Position numbers and translations under genes: made by a program
Notes under the pieces: model-generated
What the model saw: only the letters and a program-made list of their open reading frames with translations
What the model was told of the DNA's origin: nothing
Database searches by the model: none
Shown here: positions 11,888 to 24,068 of the stretch, one piece after another
Numbering within the stretch: position 1 is the first letter of the stretch
Layout of the letters: every line of letters starts with the position of its first letter
DNA from: Oculina patagonica
Lineage: Eukaryota
DNA: 64,000 bases
Assembly: GCF_052425735.1 (NCBI RefSeq)
Contig: NC_135764.1
Coordinates: forward strand, 6,696,001-6,760,000
Direction: 5' to 3'

Positions 11888-12288
11888 CAGTGCCGTAGCA
11901 AGGGGAGGGGCCTGGGGGGGGGGGGGGGGGGGGGGCGTGCCCCCCAGTTTCTTTCCCAAAAAGTAAAACAAACCTGTATAAAATGTTGAAAATACAATTT
12001 TATCTTCCGAGAGGTTTTGAAACAATAAACATTTGTTCTTCTTTTCATTTTGTTTAACGTATGTAGGGTGATGCAGAACAATATTAAACAGCCAAAAACT
12101 AAAACAAACCAGAAATCGTGACAACAATGTCTCAAAAATGTCTCAAAAATGTCAAAATGTCTCAAAAATGTCACAAATTCGCAGTATGCGTAAATCCCAG
12201 ACAGCTTTTGGAGAGCGCTGGAAATTGCATTTTCAAGCCTCTAGATTTCAAAATTTTCTGGGAGGGCATGCCCCCACACCCCCCTAGA
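11888..12288. mobile_element. Truncated G/C-tract non-autonomous repeat nested in the long-TIR element
   Basis: CAGTGCCGTAGCAAGGGG...poly-G...GCATGCCCCCACACCCCCCTAG; interrupts the decayed coding region. Confidence 0.45.
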
Positions 12289-14301
12289 TTAGTTATAATT
12301 GTTTGGCCGTGTCGCGCTAGTTTCCGTTTTGACCGATTGATCTAAATTTGTGTCAAGAAAACAGACAAGTGCTTTTTGAGTAGAGATTTTCTATGAAAAG
12401 TATTTTATTTGCAATGAGAAAGAGTTTTTTTTTCTTTTTTTTGGAAAAGAATGACATAATCTCAAGGTGTAGTAAATTGTACCGTGTAGTGGCAACAGGT
12501 ATCAGACACGTTCTTGTTATAAGCTTAGAGGTAGTTGTGCAAACTGAAATTTGTATAAGGTGTGGTAGCACATCTAAAGATGAAAATCAAATGAATAAGC
12601 AAAAAAGTCGAACGAACCTAGATAAAGAACCACGCGATCGCGATTAGTTCTGAACAGATTAGGTATAAATTACTGGCCGTGTCACGTCAGTTTCCGTTTT
12701 GTTACGGTTAAAGTCGCCCCAGTGATCTATAAAGTTTGAGTCCAGGAAACAGACTTGAAAGTATTTTTTTTCAGTAGAATATTTCTATTAAAAGTATTTC
12801 TTTTGCAATGAGGCAGTATTTTTATTTCCTATTACGGAGGAGAATATATCTCGAGCAGTGGGATGATAATTAAACGTCGATATCCACGGGTTTGTGAGTA
12901 TAAGATGTATGTAAATAAAATTAAGTTCGCACGAGCGAGCTTTTGTGTTAAAATAACTTACTGATACACAGAGTATTACTAAAATTTACTGATATCTGTG
13001 TATGTAACAAAGAAGTTAAAAACGAAATTCATTAGGAAGAAAGGCAATTAGGGCCACAAAGTACCGTCCTCAGCTACGGTAACAGAATAAATTTTTTTTT
13101 TTAATTTCGTACATTGATGTCAGTAATTAAATTAAAATAAAGGAATCCTAGATTTCAATGTGTGGTGGCTAAAATTGAACTTATTACATTGTACATACTG
13201 AGAAAATGTTCAGATTCCAAAAGTAACAAAACTGTTAACTCAACAATAGAAATCAGCAAAACCTAAGAGTACACAATCCAACTAGTAAGTTTACCTGACC
13301 AAGTTTAGCAGACAGCGAAACTGCATAATTAATTCGTAACAAATTCAAAGTTCCAGGACGAATAATTCGCCGTTTTTAACCGCTTAAAACGTTTGCAAGT
13401 GATCGTTCTGTGAAATGACTTGAATTTTTGACTTGCAATGCTGTAAGTCAACGATTAAACCGATTTTGTTAAAAACAACCGTTGCTCGGTTTACAGCCTC
13501 ATTTGCATAATGTGTGTGAAAAATTCGCTTAAAACACGAAAAGTTGGAAGTCGCTGTGACGAAAGAAGGTAAGAAGTGCAAGGTATTTTTAGATTACTGT
13601 GCTCCCTGGCATCCATTTAGTAGAATTCAGGTGGAATTTAGAATGGTCTGGTCTGGACTTGGAAATTAAAGGCCAGCAAAGTCAGGGTATATTTGCATGT
13701 TTATAAAAAGCGATCTGACGGATGTTGAGACATAAATTTTTCCAAACCTGAAAATTTAAAAAATATTAAAACAAACATGATTTCACAAGCCTTTAAGGGC
13801 CACCTTTCATGGGATTATAATAGTTTTCTGTTGCGGTCGGCGGTTTTTGTGTGCCGAGCTCGTCAACTTGTGCAGTTTTTCGTTGTAGCGACCATCAAAA
13901 TTTAGCCTTTTAGTCGCCTTGGCTGTTATAGGCTCTGAAAAAAAACATTTTAACGTATTTCAAAAAACTAATGCCGTTACATTTACTTATAAACCAAGAT
14001 AGTTCACTGGGCAAAGTTTGAAGGAAAACGTCCTTCCGACCCGAAATGCGATGGTCCGCTTTAAAGGACATCGCCACATAATAACGAGTAGAAGAACCTT
14101 GACGCTATTTCAAACCGACGTTTCAGCTCATTACATCGGGAATTCTTGAACGAAACGAACCGTAATGGCGGACTAAAAAACCTCATGTATTCTGTCACCG
14201 AAGTGTAACGTTTTAACGAATTCAAAACGAAAACAAAAACAAACCCCGAGTCTGCGCAGTACGGACTGGAAATCATCTTTAAGTTTGCTTGGATATGACA
14301 G

Positions 14302-14589
14302 AAAGGTAAAGGTAATACGAGTCTAGTGGCCCCCTCAGGCCGGAGCTTATCCCGGTTTTCGTAGTATGAAGCGACTAGGAGTGTTTCTACTCCCCATGGA
14401 TGCGATGCTAGTCCATTGCAGGGTTACCCTCAATACGCCCGCGCCCATTTACACACCATGGTGAATAGAGGCAATATGAGAGTAAAGTGTCTTGCCCAAG
14501 AACACAACGCAGTGACCCTGTCCTGGGCTTGAACCCGGACCGTTCGATCCGGAATCCAGCACGCTAGCCATTGGGCCACCGCGCCTCCC
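14302..14589 (-). mobile_element. Near full-length tRNA-derived SINE (V-domain-like body, L2-like TTTACC tail)
   Basis: Reverse complement: GGGAGGCGCGGTGGCCCAATGG (A-box) ... GGGTTCAAGCCC (B-box) ... GTTGTGTTCTTGGGCAAGACACTTT ... CCCTGCAATGGACTAGCATC ... TTACCTTTACCTT. Confidence 0.8.
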
Positions 14590-15403
14590 ACGGATTCAAA
14601 AAGTCTACTCCCTTAATTTTTATTGTTTCAGTTGAAGTATTTTGTCGATCCGCTACTGTATAATTCGTACGTATAATTCTACGTTGTATCGGTCTCTGCT
14701 TTTAAATTCCTTATTTTGTATTTTAAGCAGATTATATCACTATTGATCTAACGTATACCAGTAGGATTATCGTCCACGGTTGCGTACTTGAACATTTAAT
14801 ATATATACATATATACAATCAATACAAAACCAGTCAATGAAAACGTATTCCGATCAAAGCTGCTGTACCTCTGTTTCGAAACGTTTTTTTTTTTATCCCG
14901 CTTTTAAGACCCCCTCCCAATCTCCCGATATTAGCCCTCCCGTTAAAAGGGCCATTCAATACCCTTTCCAGAGTTTTATAAGGCAAGGGTATATGAACGG
15001 AATTTTATGATATTCAGGAACTGGAATTCTTCTCCCAAAGGAACGAACTTTCATTGCTTTGTACAAGCAATATGATCGCGTGACGTCATGTGAGCATGTG
15101 CTACTGTACTGGTTTTAAAGGGACACATAAAAGCCCGCGTGTTTTTTATTTTGATCGCGTGTTTTTTTTTTAATTTTTGCTGTGCTAGTTTTGATGGACA
15201 CGTAAAAGCCCGCGTGTTTCAGCTGACCGACGCTTTAATACCTGAATGTCTTTGCAGAATCAAAGACTAAGAATAAACAATTAACCAGCAGGTTGCCATA
15301 AATTGTAACCTCTTAAAATTTCTTCCATTGACTATGTGTTGTCGTTATGGGTGGAGCTGGGAACAGTTCATTGCTTGGCAAATGCTATCAACAACATGCT
15401 TAG

Positions 15404-16943
15404 AATGAATGATTTGCCACTAATCGGATCCTGTGTTTTGCGTGGAGGATTCTGGGATCGCTAGGGGGCAAACATTGTAAGTCGCTAGAAGAAAATTTAT
15501 GGCGAAAAGTTGTTTTGACGCTCAAAAATACGATTTTGGAGGGAGATCAAGACTTTTTCACCAGTATTTTATCAGAAATGGATTTGGGCAATGTTGGTTC
15601 GTTGAAAGTGTTAGGTTTTGTCTGAATAACCGTAAGATATGCGATTAAATCTACCGCTTTTATGAAGGTTTACATGTATTGTGAAATAGACATCGCGTAT
15701 TAAACTGGGGTCTCGAAATATTATAAAATTGGAAATCGTAGCTCAATAAAGCCCTTTCAGTAGTTGAATAATATTTAACGTTTGCACAAGCTGTAAATTT
15801 ATAAGTCACGTCTTTTATAAACAAATAATTATTATGGCTTCGTAATATTAAAGGTGACAGACATTCACAGACTCCTACGATCGTGACTATTATAAATTTC
15901 CGAATCGCTTTTGGATTTGGTCGTTTATTAAATCTATTTTGTTTATTACTAGGTTATACTGAATGGGAACTATATCCTGTCAGCTGTATTATTAAGAAGT
16001 GTTTTAAGTTGAGTAGAGCCCTATCAATGCCGCCAGCAAATGTGTAGAGGTCGAAGGTCTGCGTAGTTCCCGCCCGGTAGTACATTTTTACACCTCTGCA
16101 CTGTATTTATTGTTATATCAACTTTATGTATTGGCTATTGGAACTGTTGTGATTTATCTTGGCTCATTTATATAGTGCAAGATGTGCTTTAAATTCGTTC
16201 TGGCAGGACAAGATCTTAACTGATTTTCCGTAAAGATGTTGATTAGTATAGTGTTACGTGAATGTGTTGCGCGCTTCATATCGCGGATGACATGTTTATT
16301 TTTGTTTAGCCACAGGCTGCTTAGCTTTACTTCGAAAAAGATATAACCTTGTTTTAGAGCCGGCCATGCTCATGACAAATCATCTTTCTTATTCTTGGGC
16401 GGGTAGAGTCTTAATATTCCATCGCGAGGAAGAATCTCTTGCCTCTCTGGGTACCTTCGATAGTTATCACATACTGCACAATGATGACAGTGATCGCTAC
16501 CAGCCGGGCATATTACTAAAATTATTTGTATAACTTAGCATAGAAATAATCCTGTACACACGTTAATACAACCCAAAAGGCTTTATTAAGTAATTTCCTC
16601 CCGATATATACCTAACTTGTAATATTTCGAGACCATTTTGAGATGTCAATTTCAAAATAAACCTTACGAAAGCAAGCCTTAGGAGGTTTATTGGTAAACT
16701 TGATCACATATTTCACAGTTATTCAAACAAAAACTTACACTTTCGAGTATCAACAATGCCCAAATCCATTCCTGATAAAACACTCGCGAAAAAGCCTTGA
16801 TCTCCCTCCAAAATCGTATTTTTGAACGCCAAAACAACTTTTCGCCATACATTTTCTTCTAGCGACTTGCAATGTTTGCCCCCTAGCGATCCCAGAATCC
16901 TCCACGCAAAACACAGGATCCGATTAGTGGCAAATCATTCATT
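15404..16943. mobile_element. Non-coding ~1.54-kb long-TIR (foldback) element upstream of copy 3
   Basis: AATGAATGATTTGCCACTAATCGGATCC... and its reverse complement ending 16943; TIR similarity extends ~330 bp; absent from the homologous block near 20795. Confidence 0.85.
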
Positions 16944-17464
16944 ATCGTATTTATTCGATTAAGCGCCCTGGGCGCTTATTAAATAGAACACAATGGAAGT
17001 AGTGAAATTAACATGATCTAACAGTGTGAAGGCCGTGTACAAATATTGATCTCACTTACACTTACCTTAATTTGTCACGGATATTATTACAAATATTGTC
17101 ATGCATATAACTACAATTATCGTCACGACAGCAGAATAATAGTCTACGATATGTAACCATGTGTAACGAGAGAGTTAAGTTGACGACTGATCCAAGTTTT
17201 CACTCCTGGGCATATCGCGTGACTGAGGACCCAAGCTCTGTTCTCATCAGTTATCAAATATCGTCACGGTAATACTTTGCAAGTGTCTTGATTGAGTACT
17301 AAAATAACGCACTTGACAGTTCAATTTGCTGACGACATACATTCCTAGGTTATCATGTAAGCGATTGATGCTCGTGTTTCATATATTCATTTTGTGGTCC
17401 GAATTGTATGCGTTAGGTCAAACAAATCGTGTGAGGTTGCACCTAGAGTCACGGGGAGAGAAGC

Positions 17465-19612
17465 ATGTTTTCGACGATACTGTTATCGTTGTCCATATTT
17501 TGTGCATGTTTGCCGCTGCTCAAGGCCAAGTCAGTAAGAGTGTCAACAAAGTATGGAGAAATCGAAGGTCTTGTGACCTCGTACCCGAATGCCTCGGGTC
17601 CGTTCAAGTCTGTCAGCAAGTTTCTTGGCGTTCCTTTCGCCGCTCCGCCGATTGGAGAGCTCAGACTAAAACCACCACAACCGCCAGTGGCGTGGAAAAA
17701 CGTTCGGCAAGCGACAAAGCATGGAAACATTTGCTGGCAAATGAAACTTTTTGAATATTATTTCAAAATGTTCGCTTCAAATTTCACGTACAGCGAGGAT
17801 TGCTTGTATCTCAACGTCTTCAGCCCGAACCTCAGCTTGGGTTTACCCGTGATGGTTTATATTCACGGTGGAGCCTACGAGTACGGTACAGCAATCACCC
17901 AACCCAGCGATATTTTGGCTCTGTACGGTGTGGTTGTAGTTGTAATCCAATATCGTCTCGGTCCATTTGGTTTCTTGACGACCGGGGATTCTGCCGCCCC
18001 TGGGAATTTTGGAATGTTGGATCAAGTCGAAGCACTCAAGTGGGTCAAAGATAATATTGCAAACTTTGGCGGGGACCCCAGCAAGGTGACCATATTTGGA
18101 TTAAGTGCTGGTGGATCAAGTGTAACCCTGCATCTACTGTCGCCTCTATCGGAGGGCCTCTTTCACCAAGTCATCGCAGAGAGTGGCGTGGATTTGAGTC
18201 CTTTTGCAACTCAACCCGTTTCGTATGGCCTCCGTTTTGCCAAAGAGCTCGCTCAAAAGCTGGATTGTACAACAGGCGATCACAGTGCCATGGTTGCCTG
18301 CATACGCGAGAAACGAGACACAGACATACAGAAAGCCTCAGACACAATTAACTATCGGTTCTATGATTATCTGCGCTGGGCGCCAGTTGTGGACAAACAC
18401 TTTCTTCTTGACACGCCCCGGAATCTGCGAAAGAAAGGTGAATTCAAGAAAGCAAAGTTGATGATCAGTTTCAACAGTCAGGAGGGTGGTGCCTCTCTTG
18501 GATTTATGGCGAACAGTTCTTTTGGAATGGCGACAAGTGTGGACGACGGAGTAAGTCCGTCATTTTTCAAAGAATTTGTAACAAAGCTTGCCCACGCTCG
18601 AAACAGCAGGTAAGTTGCAATTTTGTTGCCAGTTTGAATCACGTGATGCAATCGTTTCCACTCCACGCGCGGAAAAGTGACGAACAAGTGCGAAATATTT
18701 CATTGAAGTTTTTGGAATCATAAATTTATTTACTGGATGATGTGCCCTTTAAAGATTTTTCGAGGTTTAAAAGGTTGAAGTTGTAGACTACTTTATTAAT
18801 ATGGGCATGTTTTGTGACAATAATGACATATACCTTGAAACTCTTCCATTACACATGTTGTGCGCATCAGACATTCACTCACATTGCGCTAATGGTCAGG
18901 TCGTAAGAATCTTAAGGTCCTTGTTTTCCACCTGTTTCATATAAGGGGAACAGATAACAACAAATCACTTTGTTTCCGGTTCTTTAGGAAGAAAACCGCC
19001 GACCTCGTCGGGGACGCGTTGCAGTTCATGTACACCCCATGGCCTGACAACAGTGATAAATACGCACTAAGAAGCCAACTTGTGGACCTCATCGGTGATT
19101 ACATCTACTTTGCACCAAGTCACGAGGTCGCCGATATTCACAGCAAAGTTGCTCCGGTGTACATATACGAGTTCGCTCAGCGTCCAAAGAACGCCAGCAT
19201 TTTTGCTGAGTGGATGGGCGTGGTACATGGCGAGAACGTGGCATTTGATTTTGGAATCCCGCTTTGGTACCCCGGGTATGACGCGGCCGACAAAAACGTC
19301 AGTTTGTTTATCATGGAAGCGTACGCAAACTTCGCCAAGACCGGCGATCCAACACCACAGCTAGTCAGCGGTATTACGTGGGATAGGTACAACTCCAGTC
19401 ACAGAGCTTACCTGCGAGTTCACCCCAATCCAAAGATGGCGGCGACGTTTGCTCCTCGTCGAATGGCTTTCTGGAATGATTACCATCCTAAACTGGTGCA
19501 AGTAAATTTTGAAACCAAGAAAGATGTGGTCAGCGGTACTAGCGCCGGTGTTGCCATGGCAATGTTTTATCACATTGCACTTGCTTTCGTTTTGATGTTT
19601 TCTGAAATTTAG
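17465..19612 (+). CDS. Carboxylesterase/cholinesterase-like copy 3; exons 17465..18609 and 18988..19612 (589 aa)
   Basis: Same motifs; donor GTAAGT at 18610, acceptor TCTTTAG at 18987; a small indel near the stop gives tail ...LMFSEI. Confidence 0.93.
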
Positions 19613-19689
19613 ATGTACGACGTCGTTTTGGTGCAGTGACTTGCTAAGGCTTCCTTTTATATGCAGTAAAAAGTGCTTGTTAGGTTTAC

Positions 19690-19822
19690 CCCGAAATAAC
19701 GATCTTTTCGGTTATCTTACGGCCATATCGTTATATCGGGAGTTTCGATATAACGATTCTTCGATATAACGATATTATTATACTGCTTCCTTGGCATATC
19801 GTTATATCGGGGTTCCACTGTA
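19690..19822. mobile_element. Right end of a Tc1/pogo-type MITE
   Basis: Repeated TCGATATAACGA/TCGTTATATCGG units ending GGGGTTCCACTG-TA. Confidence 0.55.
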
Positions 19823-21018
19823 TAACTTTGTGGAACATAAGCTAAATTAAAAAGTGGACATTGATATATTGTTATCATACTGTACATTTATAGTTTTGTA
19901 TTCATGGATTTTTACATTTGCCTCTGTTTTCCATTTATCATTTCGTTTTTGTTTCAGTATGGTTCATTTTATAATCATGTAAGCGATTTTGCAGTTCTTT
20001 CTATATAGTTGGAGACTGCTCATTATACTCTACATAGATACTCTTATTTTAAATTTGAATAAAATGAAGTGTATACCACACCCAATGCTAATTTCTGCCA
20101 AAGCTCTTTAAAGTGACCACCCTATAAGAGTACAGTTCTCCTTATGGAGACCCTTATAATATAGACACCTCCCTAATACAGGCAGTAAGCCTGGTCCGAA
20201 ACTAACCAAAATTCATATAAACTCTTCCTCTGTAAGGCGGTCATCTCCATAATACGGACACTCTTTCTTGTTCCTTTCTCCGTTTCGAAACGTTTCTTAT
20301 ATGCCGCTTTTACGACACCCCCCCCCCTCCATCCCCCGATATAAGCCCTCCCGTTTAAAAGCCCATCCAATTCCCTTTCCGAAGTTGTATAAGCCCAGAG
20401 CATGTGAGCGAAGTTTTACGATATTCAGAAACTAGAATTCTTCTCCCAAAGGAAAGAACTTTCATTGCTTTGTAAAAGCAATATGATCGTCGTGACGTCA
20501 TGTAAACATGTTCTACTGTACTGGTTTTTAAGGGACACATAAAAGCCCGCGTGTTTTGTATTATGATCGCGTGTTCTTTATTTTTGCTGTACTGGTTTTA
20601 AAGGGGCACATAAAAGCCCGCGTGTTTCAGCTGACCAACACTTTAATATCTGAATGTCTTTGCAGAATCAAAGACTAAGAAAATACAATTAACCAGCAGG
20701 TTGCCATAAATTGTAACCTCTTAAAATGTCTTGTTATGGGAGGAGCTGGGGACAGCTCATTGCTTGGCAAATGTTATCTACAACATGCCTAGAATTAGTT
20801 CCACTCATTGTTTTAAACACCCGCCTTCAATCGTTGTAGTTTTCGACAAAAACGTTGAGCAGGAGAGAAGCAATCGTGCGAAGTGACGTGTATAATTTTT
20901 AGATAGAACACAATGAAATTAACATGATCTAACAGTATGAAGGCCGAGTACAAATATTGATCTCACTTTATTACACTTACCAATTTAGAACCTCTATAAA
21001 CAATGTGTAAAATGGTTA

Positions 21019-21252
21019 AAGAATAAATCTTTGTTCGCTGCGTGGCACTTCTAACTGTCATTAACTGTCAATATTGCGAAAAAAAAGTGTATTGTAAGTG
21101 CCAAAAAGTTCATTATAAACCAAACGTTTCGGGCTTAGCCCTTCATCAGTGGTGAATTGGTCGTGAATTGGACGGTCGTTTTATTTACGACCAATTCACC
21201 ACTGATGAAGGGCTAAGCCCGAAACGTTTGGTTTATAATGAACTTTTTGGCA
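21019..21252. mobile_element. Inverted Penelope-like pseudo-LTR remnant (outermost element of the nested insertion)
   Basis: ~65-bp perfect inverted repeat (21100-21164 / 21187-21252) with a hammerhead motif; the right arm resumes as TTCGCAATATTG at 26364. Confidence 0.7.
21198..21232 (+). ncRNA. Minimal type I hammerhead ribozyme motif (inverted copy at 21119-21153, - strand)
   Basis: ACCA-CUGAUGA-A-GGGC(UAA)GCCC-GAAA-CG-UU-UGGU: stem I ACCA/UGGU, stem II, palindromic ACGU stem III as in PLE hammerheads. Confidence 0.75.
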
Positions 21253-21800
21253 AGCTAAAGCTAGAAAACGCCTGTATTGTCTTTCTCAGTTAAAGCGCTC
21301 AGGCCTAGGTCCTAACGAGTTAGTACAGTTCTATCGTACCTGCATTCGCCCTATCACTGAATATGCCTGTCCAGTTTTCAATGAAAGTCTACCTGCGTAT
21401 CTTTCTCGTGAGCTAGAAGCAGTGCAAAAGAGGGCGATGCGCATCATTTTTCCGTTTTTTAAGTATGAAGAAGCGCTCGACAAGGCAATTCTAGACACTC
21501 TGTCAGGTCGAAGACAAGCCCTGACGGACAAATTGTTTAACAACATTTTAGAGAACAATGACAGTAGCCTGAGGAATTTACTGCCCCCACGGAATCTTAG
21601 TAGTTATAACCTTAGAAAGTCACGCCAGTTTAACCCTGTTTTTAAGACTAATAGATTTAGAAATAGTTTTATTGTCTCTAATGTACTTAAGTTTGTATTT
21701 TAATCACTCTTGTATAGTTCTTTAAATATTTTTACATTTTATCGTTAGTTTTTATAGCTTTATAAATTTGTAAATATGACATAATTCAACCTTTTAGGTT
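21253..21800 (+). mobile_element. 5'-truncated L2/CR1-group LINE 3' end
   Basis: AKARKRLYCLSQLKRSG...FYRTCIRPITEYACPVF...LEAVQKRAMRII...NRFRNSFI (RT C-terminal region), then an AT-rich 3' UTR running into the gap. Confidence 0.8.
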
Positions 21801-22022
21801 NNNNNNNNNNNNNNNNNNNNNNNNNNNNNNNNNNNNNNNNNNNNNNNNNNNNNNNNNNNNNNNNNNNNNNNNNNNNNNNNNNNNNNNNNNNNNNNNNNNN
21901 NNNNNNNNNNNNNNNNNNNNNNNNNNNNNNNNNNNNNNNNNNNNNNNNNNNNNNNNNNNNNNNNNNNNNNNNNNNNNNNNNNNNNNNNNNNNNNNNNNNN
22001 NNNNNNNNNNNNNNNNNNNNNN

Positions 22023-24068
22023 ACGGTCAAGTAACCAACTCCAGTCAAGACTTGTTAGCTTTTAATGCTCTACGTTTCGGCCGTCTCGGCCTTCTTCAGG
22101 AGCGTTTAAACTGTATAACGGTAAGTGTCAACAGAAGTATTTTAAAAAAAGGGATAACAATTGTGATTGGTTACAGCAGTTCACGCGGTAATGTGCACGT
22201 GGTTGATGAAATACAATGCTGAACTAACTATAAAAATGATAAAATATGATGGGACAAATATACATAATACATAGAAAAAAGAAATACAAAAAGTCGAAAA
22301 AAAATAAAATAAAATAAAATAAAATAATAAAAAAATATATATAATAAAATAAAATAAAAGGAACTATCAAATATACAATAAAAAACAACAGTGAGGAAAT
22401 ATAATTGAAAGGTTAGATTAAACTGTTAATTGCCGGCTTCAATTTATTTATCCAGTATTCTTCTCTTGTTCTCCTGGTAAACTGGTCTTTTGCCCGTACT
22501 TTTTCAATAACCGTCAGCTTCATGTTTTCACGGCCACAGACTTTAAAATGTCTCACTGTAGGAATGTTTTTGTTGCCAACGGTTATATCGGAGCGGTGTT
22601 GATTAGCCCTTGTGTTAACGCTGTTACCAGTCTCGCCAACATACTGATCTTTACATTTAGCACATGTTATAAGGTATATTACGTTATGAGTGTGACAGTT
22701 GCTATATTGTTTAAGATTGATAGATTCGCGGGTAGTGTTGCTAGTGACTTTTGTGGCAAATAAACCATACGATTTACAGCAAGCACATCGTGGATCACTA
22801 CCGCAGGGCCAAAATCCTGGTTTGATGTCTCGGGTGGTGTGGTTTTGCTTGTGTACACGGGAGATATGTATTTTAAGGCCTTTGTTGTTGCAGAATGAAC
22901 GGCTACAGATGCTACATTGAGTGGCTGTAGGTGTGTTAGAGTTGGTGGATGGTGCAGGCAGAGGGAGTGGCTCATTAGGGCTGGTTGGTCGCAATCGCCG
23001 GCTTGTTAGGATCTGCGATAAGTTGCGTCCTTTTCTGTAGGCAACTAAGGGGGGGTCGCGGAAAGCATCTCTGCATCTTGGAGACACATGTAGGAGCTGG
23101 TGGGCTTGGCTTAATATTTTATGTAAATTGGGTAGAGCCGGGTTGTAGGTGACTACCAACGGCACTCTGTTGCTGTTTAAGTTGTTGTTGTCTGTATGTA
23201 GCGCCTCCTCTCGGGTTTTGCTTCGAGCTCTTGTGATGGATTCTTTGACTAATCTATTTTTGTAACCTCGCTCTAAGAGTATTGCGTGAAGTTCTTTGAT
23301 TCTATTCTCAAAATAGTTGTTGGTTGAGCAGATGCGTCTCAGTCGGAGGGCTAGGCTGTAAGGAATGGCGGTTTTAGTGTGGCGCGGATGGCAGCTTGTC
23401 CAGTTTAAATATTGATGAGTATCTGTTGGTTTAGTGTAAAGGTCAGTTTCAATTTTGCCGTCTTTAATCATGACTTGTACGTCAAGGAATGGTATGTCGG
23501 TGAGTGAGAAAGACTGTTCAAATTTTATGTGTGGATCGAAGGAGTTGCATTGTTGAAAGAATTCATTTAACTTGATCTCACCATGAGTCCATAGGAAGAA
23601 AATGTCATCAATGTATCTGAACCATACTAACGGTTTGAGAGGCGATTTAGCTAAAAGTTTACTTTCTAGGTGTCCCATGTAGAGGTTTGCATATGTCGGT
23701 GCCATTCTTGTCCCCATAGCGGTGCCAGTTTGTTGGACGAAGTGGCTTTCTTGGAAGACTAAATTATTGCAGGTTAGTACTAGTTTGATGAAATTCAGGA
23801 TGGTTTGGATTTTGTTGTCAGAGAAGTTATCGAGAGTCATGAAGTGGTTGCATGCTTTCATGCCGCCTTCATGTGGAATGTTAGTGTAGAGAAACTTCAC
23901 GTCCCAAGTGACGAGAAGTGTACCAGGGGGTAGTGTGTGGCTGCTGTTAAGGTCAATTAGTTTACGGAGGAAGTCGTTGTCATCTTTAAGATAGGAGGGA
24001 AGTTTCGTGACTAGAGGTTGAAGCTGGTCGTCAACCCACTCGGAGATGTTAGTAGTGGCTGAGTTGAT
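22023..24068 (-). mobile_element. Penelope-like element, 5'-truncated, left (minus-strand) copy; ORF ~24068..22413 with RT and GIY-YIG endonuclease
   Basis: LVTWDVKFLYTNIP, GTAMGTRMAPTYANLYM, FRYIDDIF, TDLYTKPTD, VIYLITCAKCKDQYVGET; frame stays open upstream of 23900 to the junction. Confidence 0.92.

Larger units (their letters stand above)
10016..14077. mobile_element. Non-autonomous DNA transposon, 4062 bp, with ~581-bp near-perfect TIRs and 4-bp TSD ATAA
   Basis: TIRs 10016-10596 and 13497-14077, degenerating for ~150 bp further inward; TSD derived from the empty site in the 45106-45447 copy. Confidence 0.9.
9865..14278. mobile_element. TTAA-flanked MITE (Kolobok/piggyBac-type) split by the 4-kb long-TIR element; pieces 9865-10015 and 14078-14278
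   Basis: TIR AGATGAATTCCAGTCCG / CGGACTGGAAATCATCT with TTAA; an uninterrupted copy lies in reverse orientation at 45106-45447. Confidence 0.85.
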
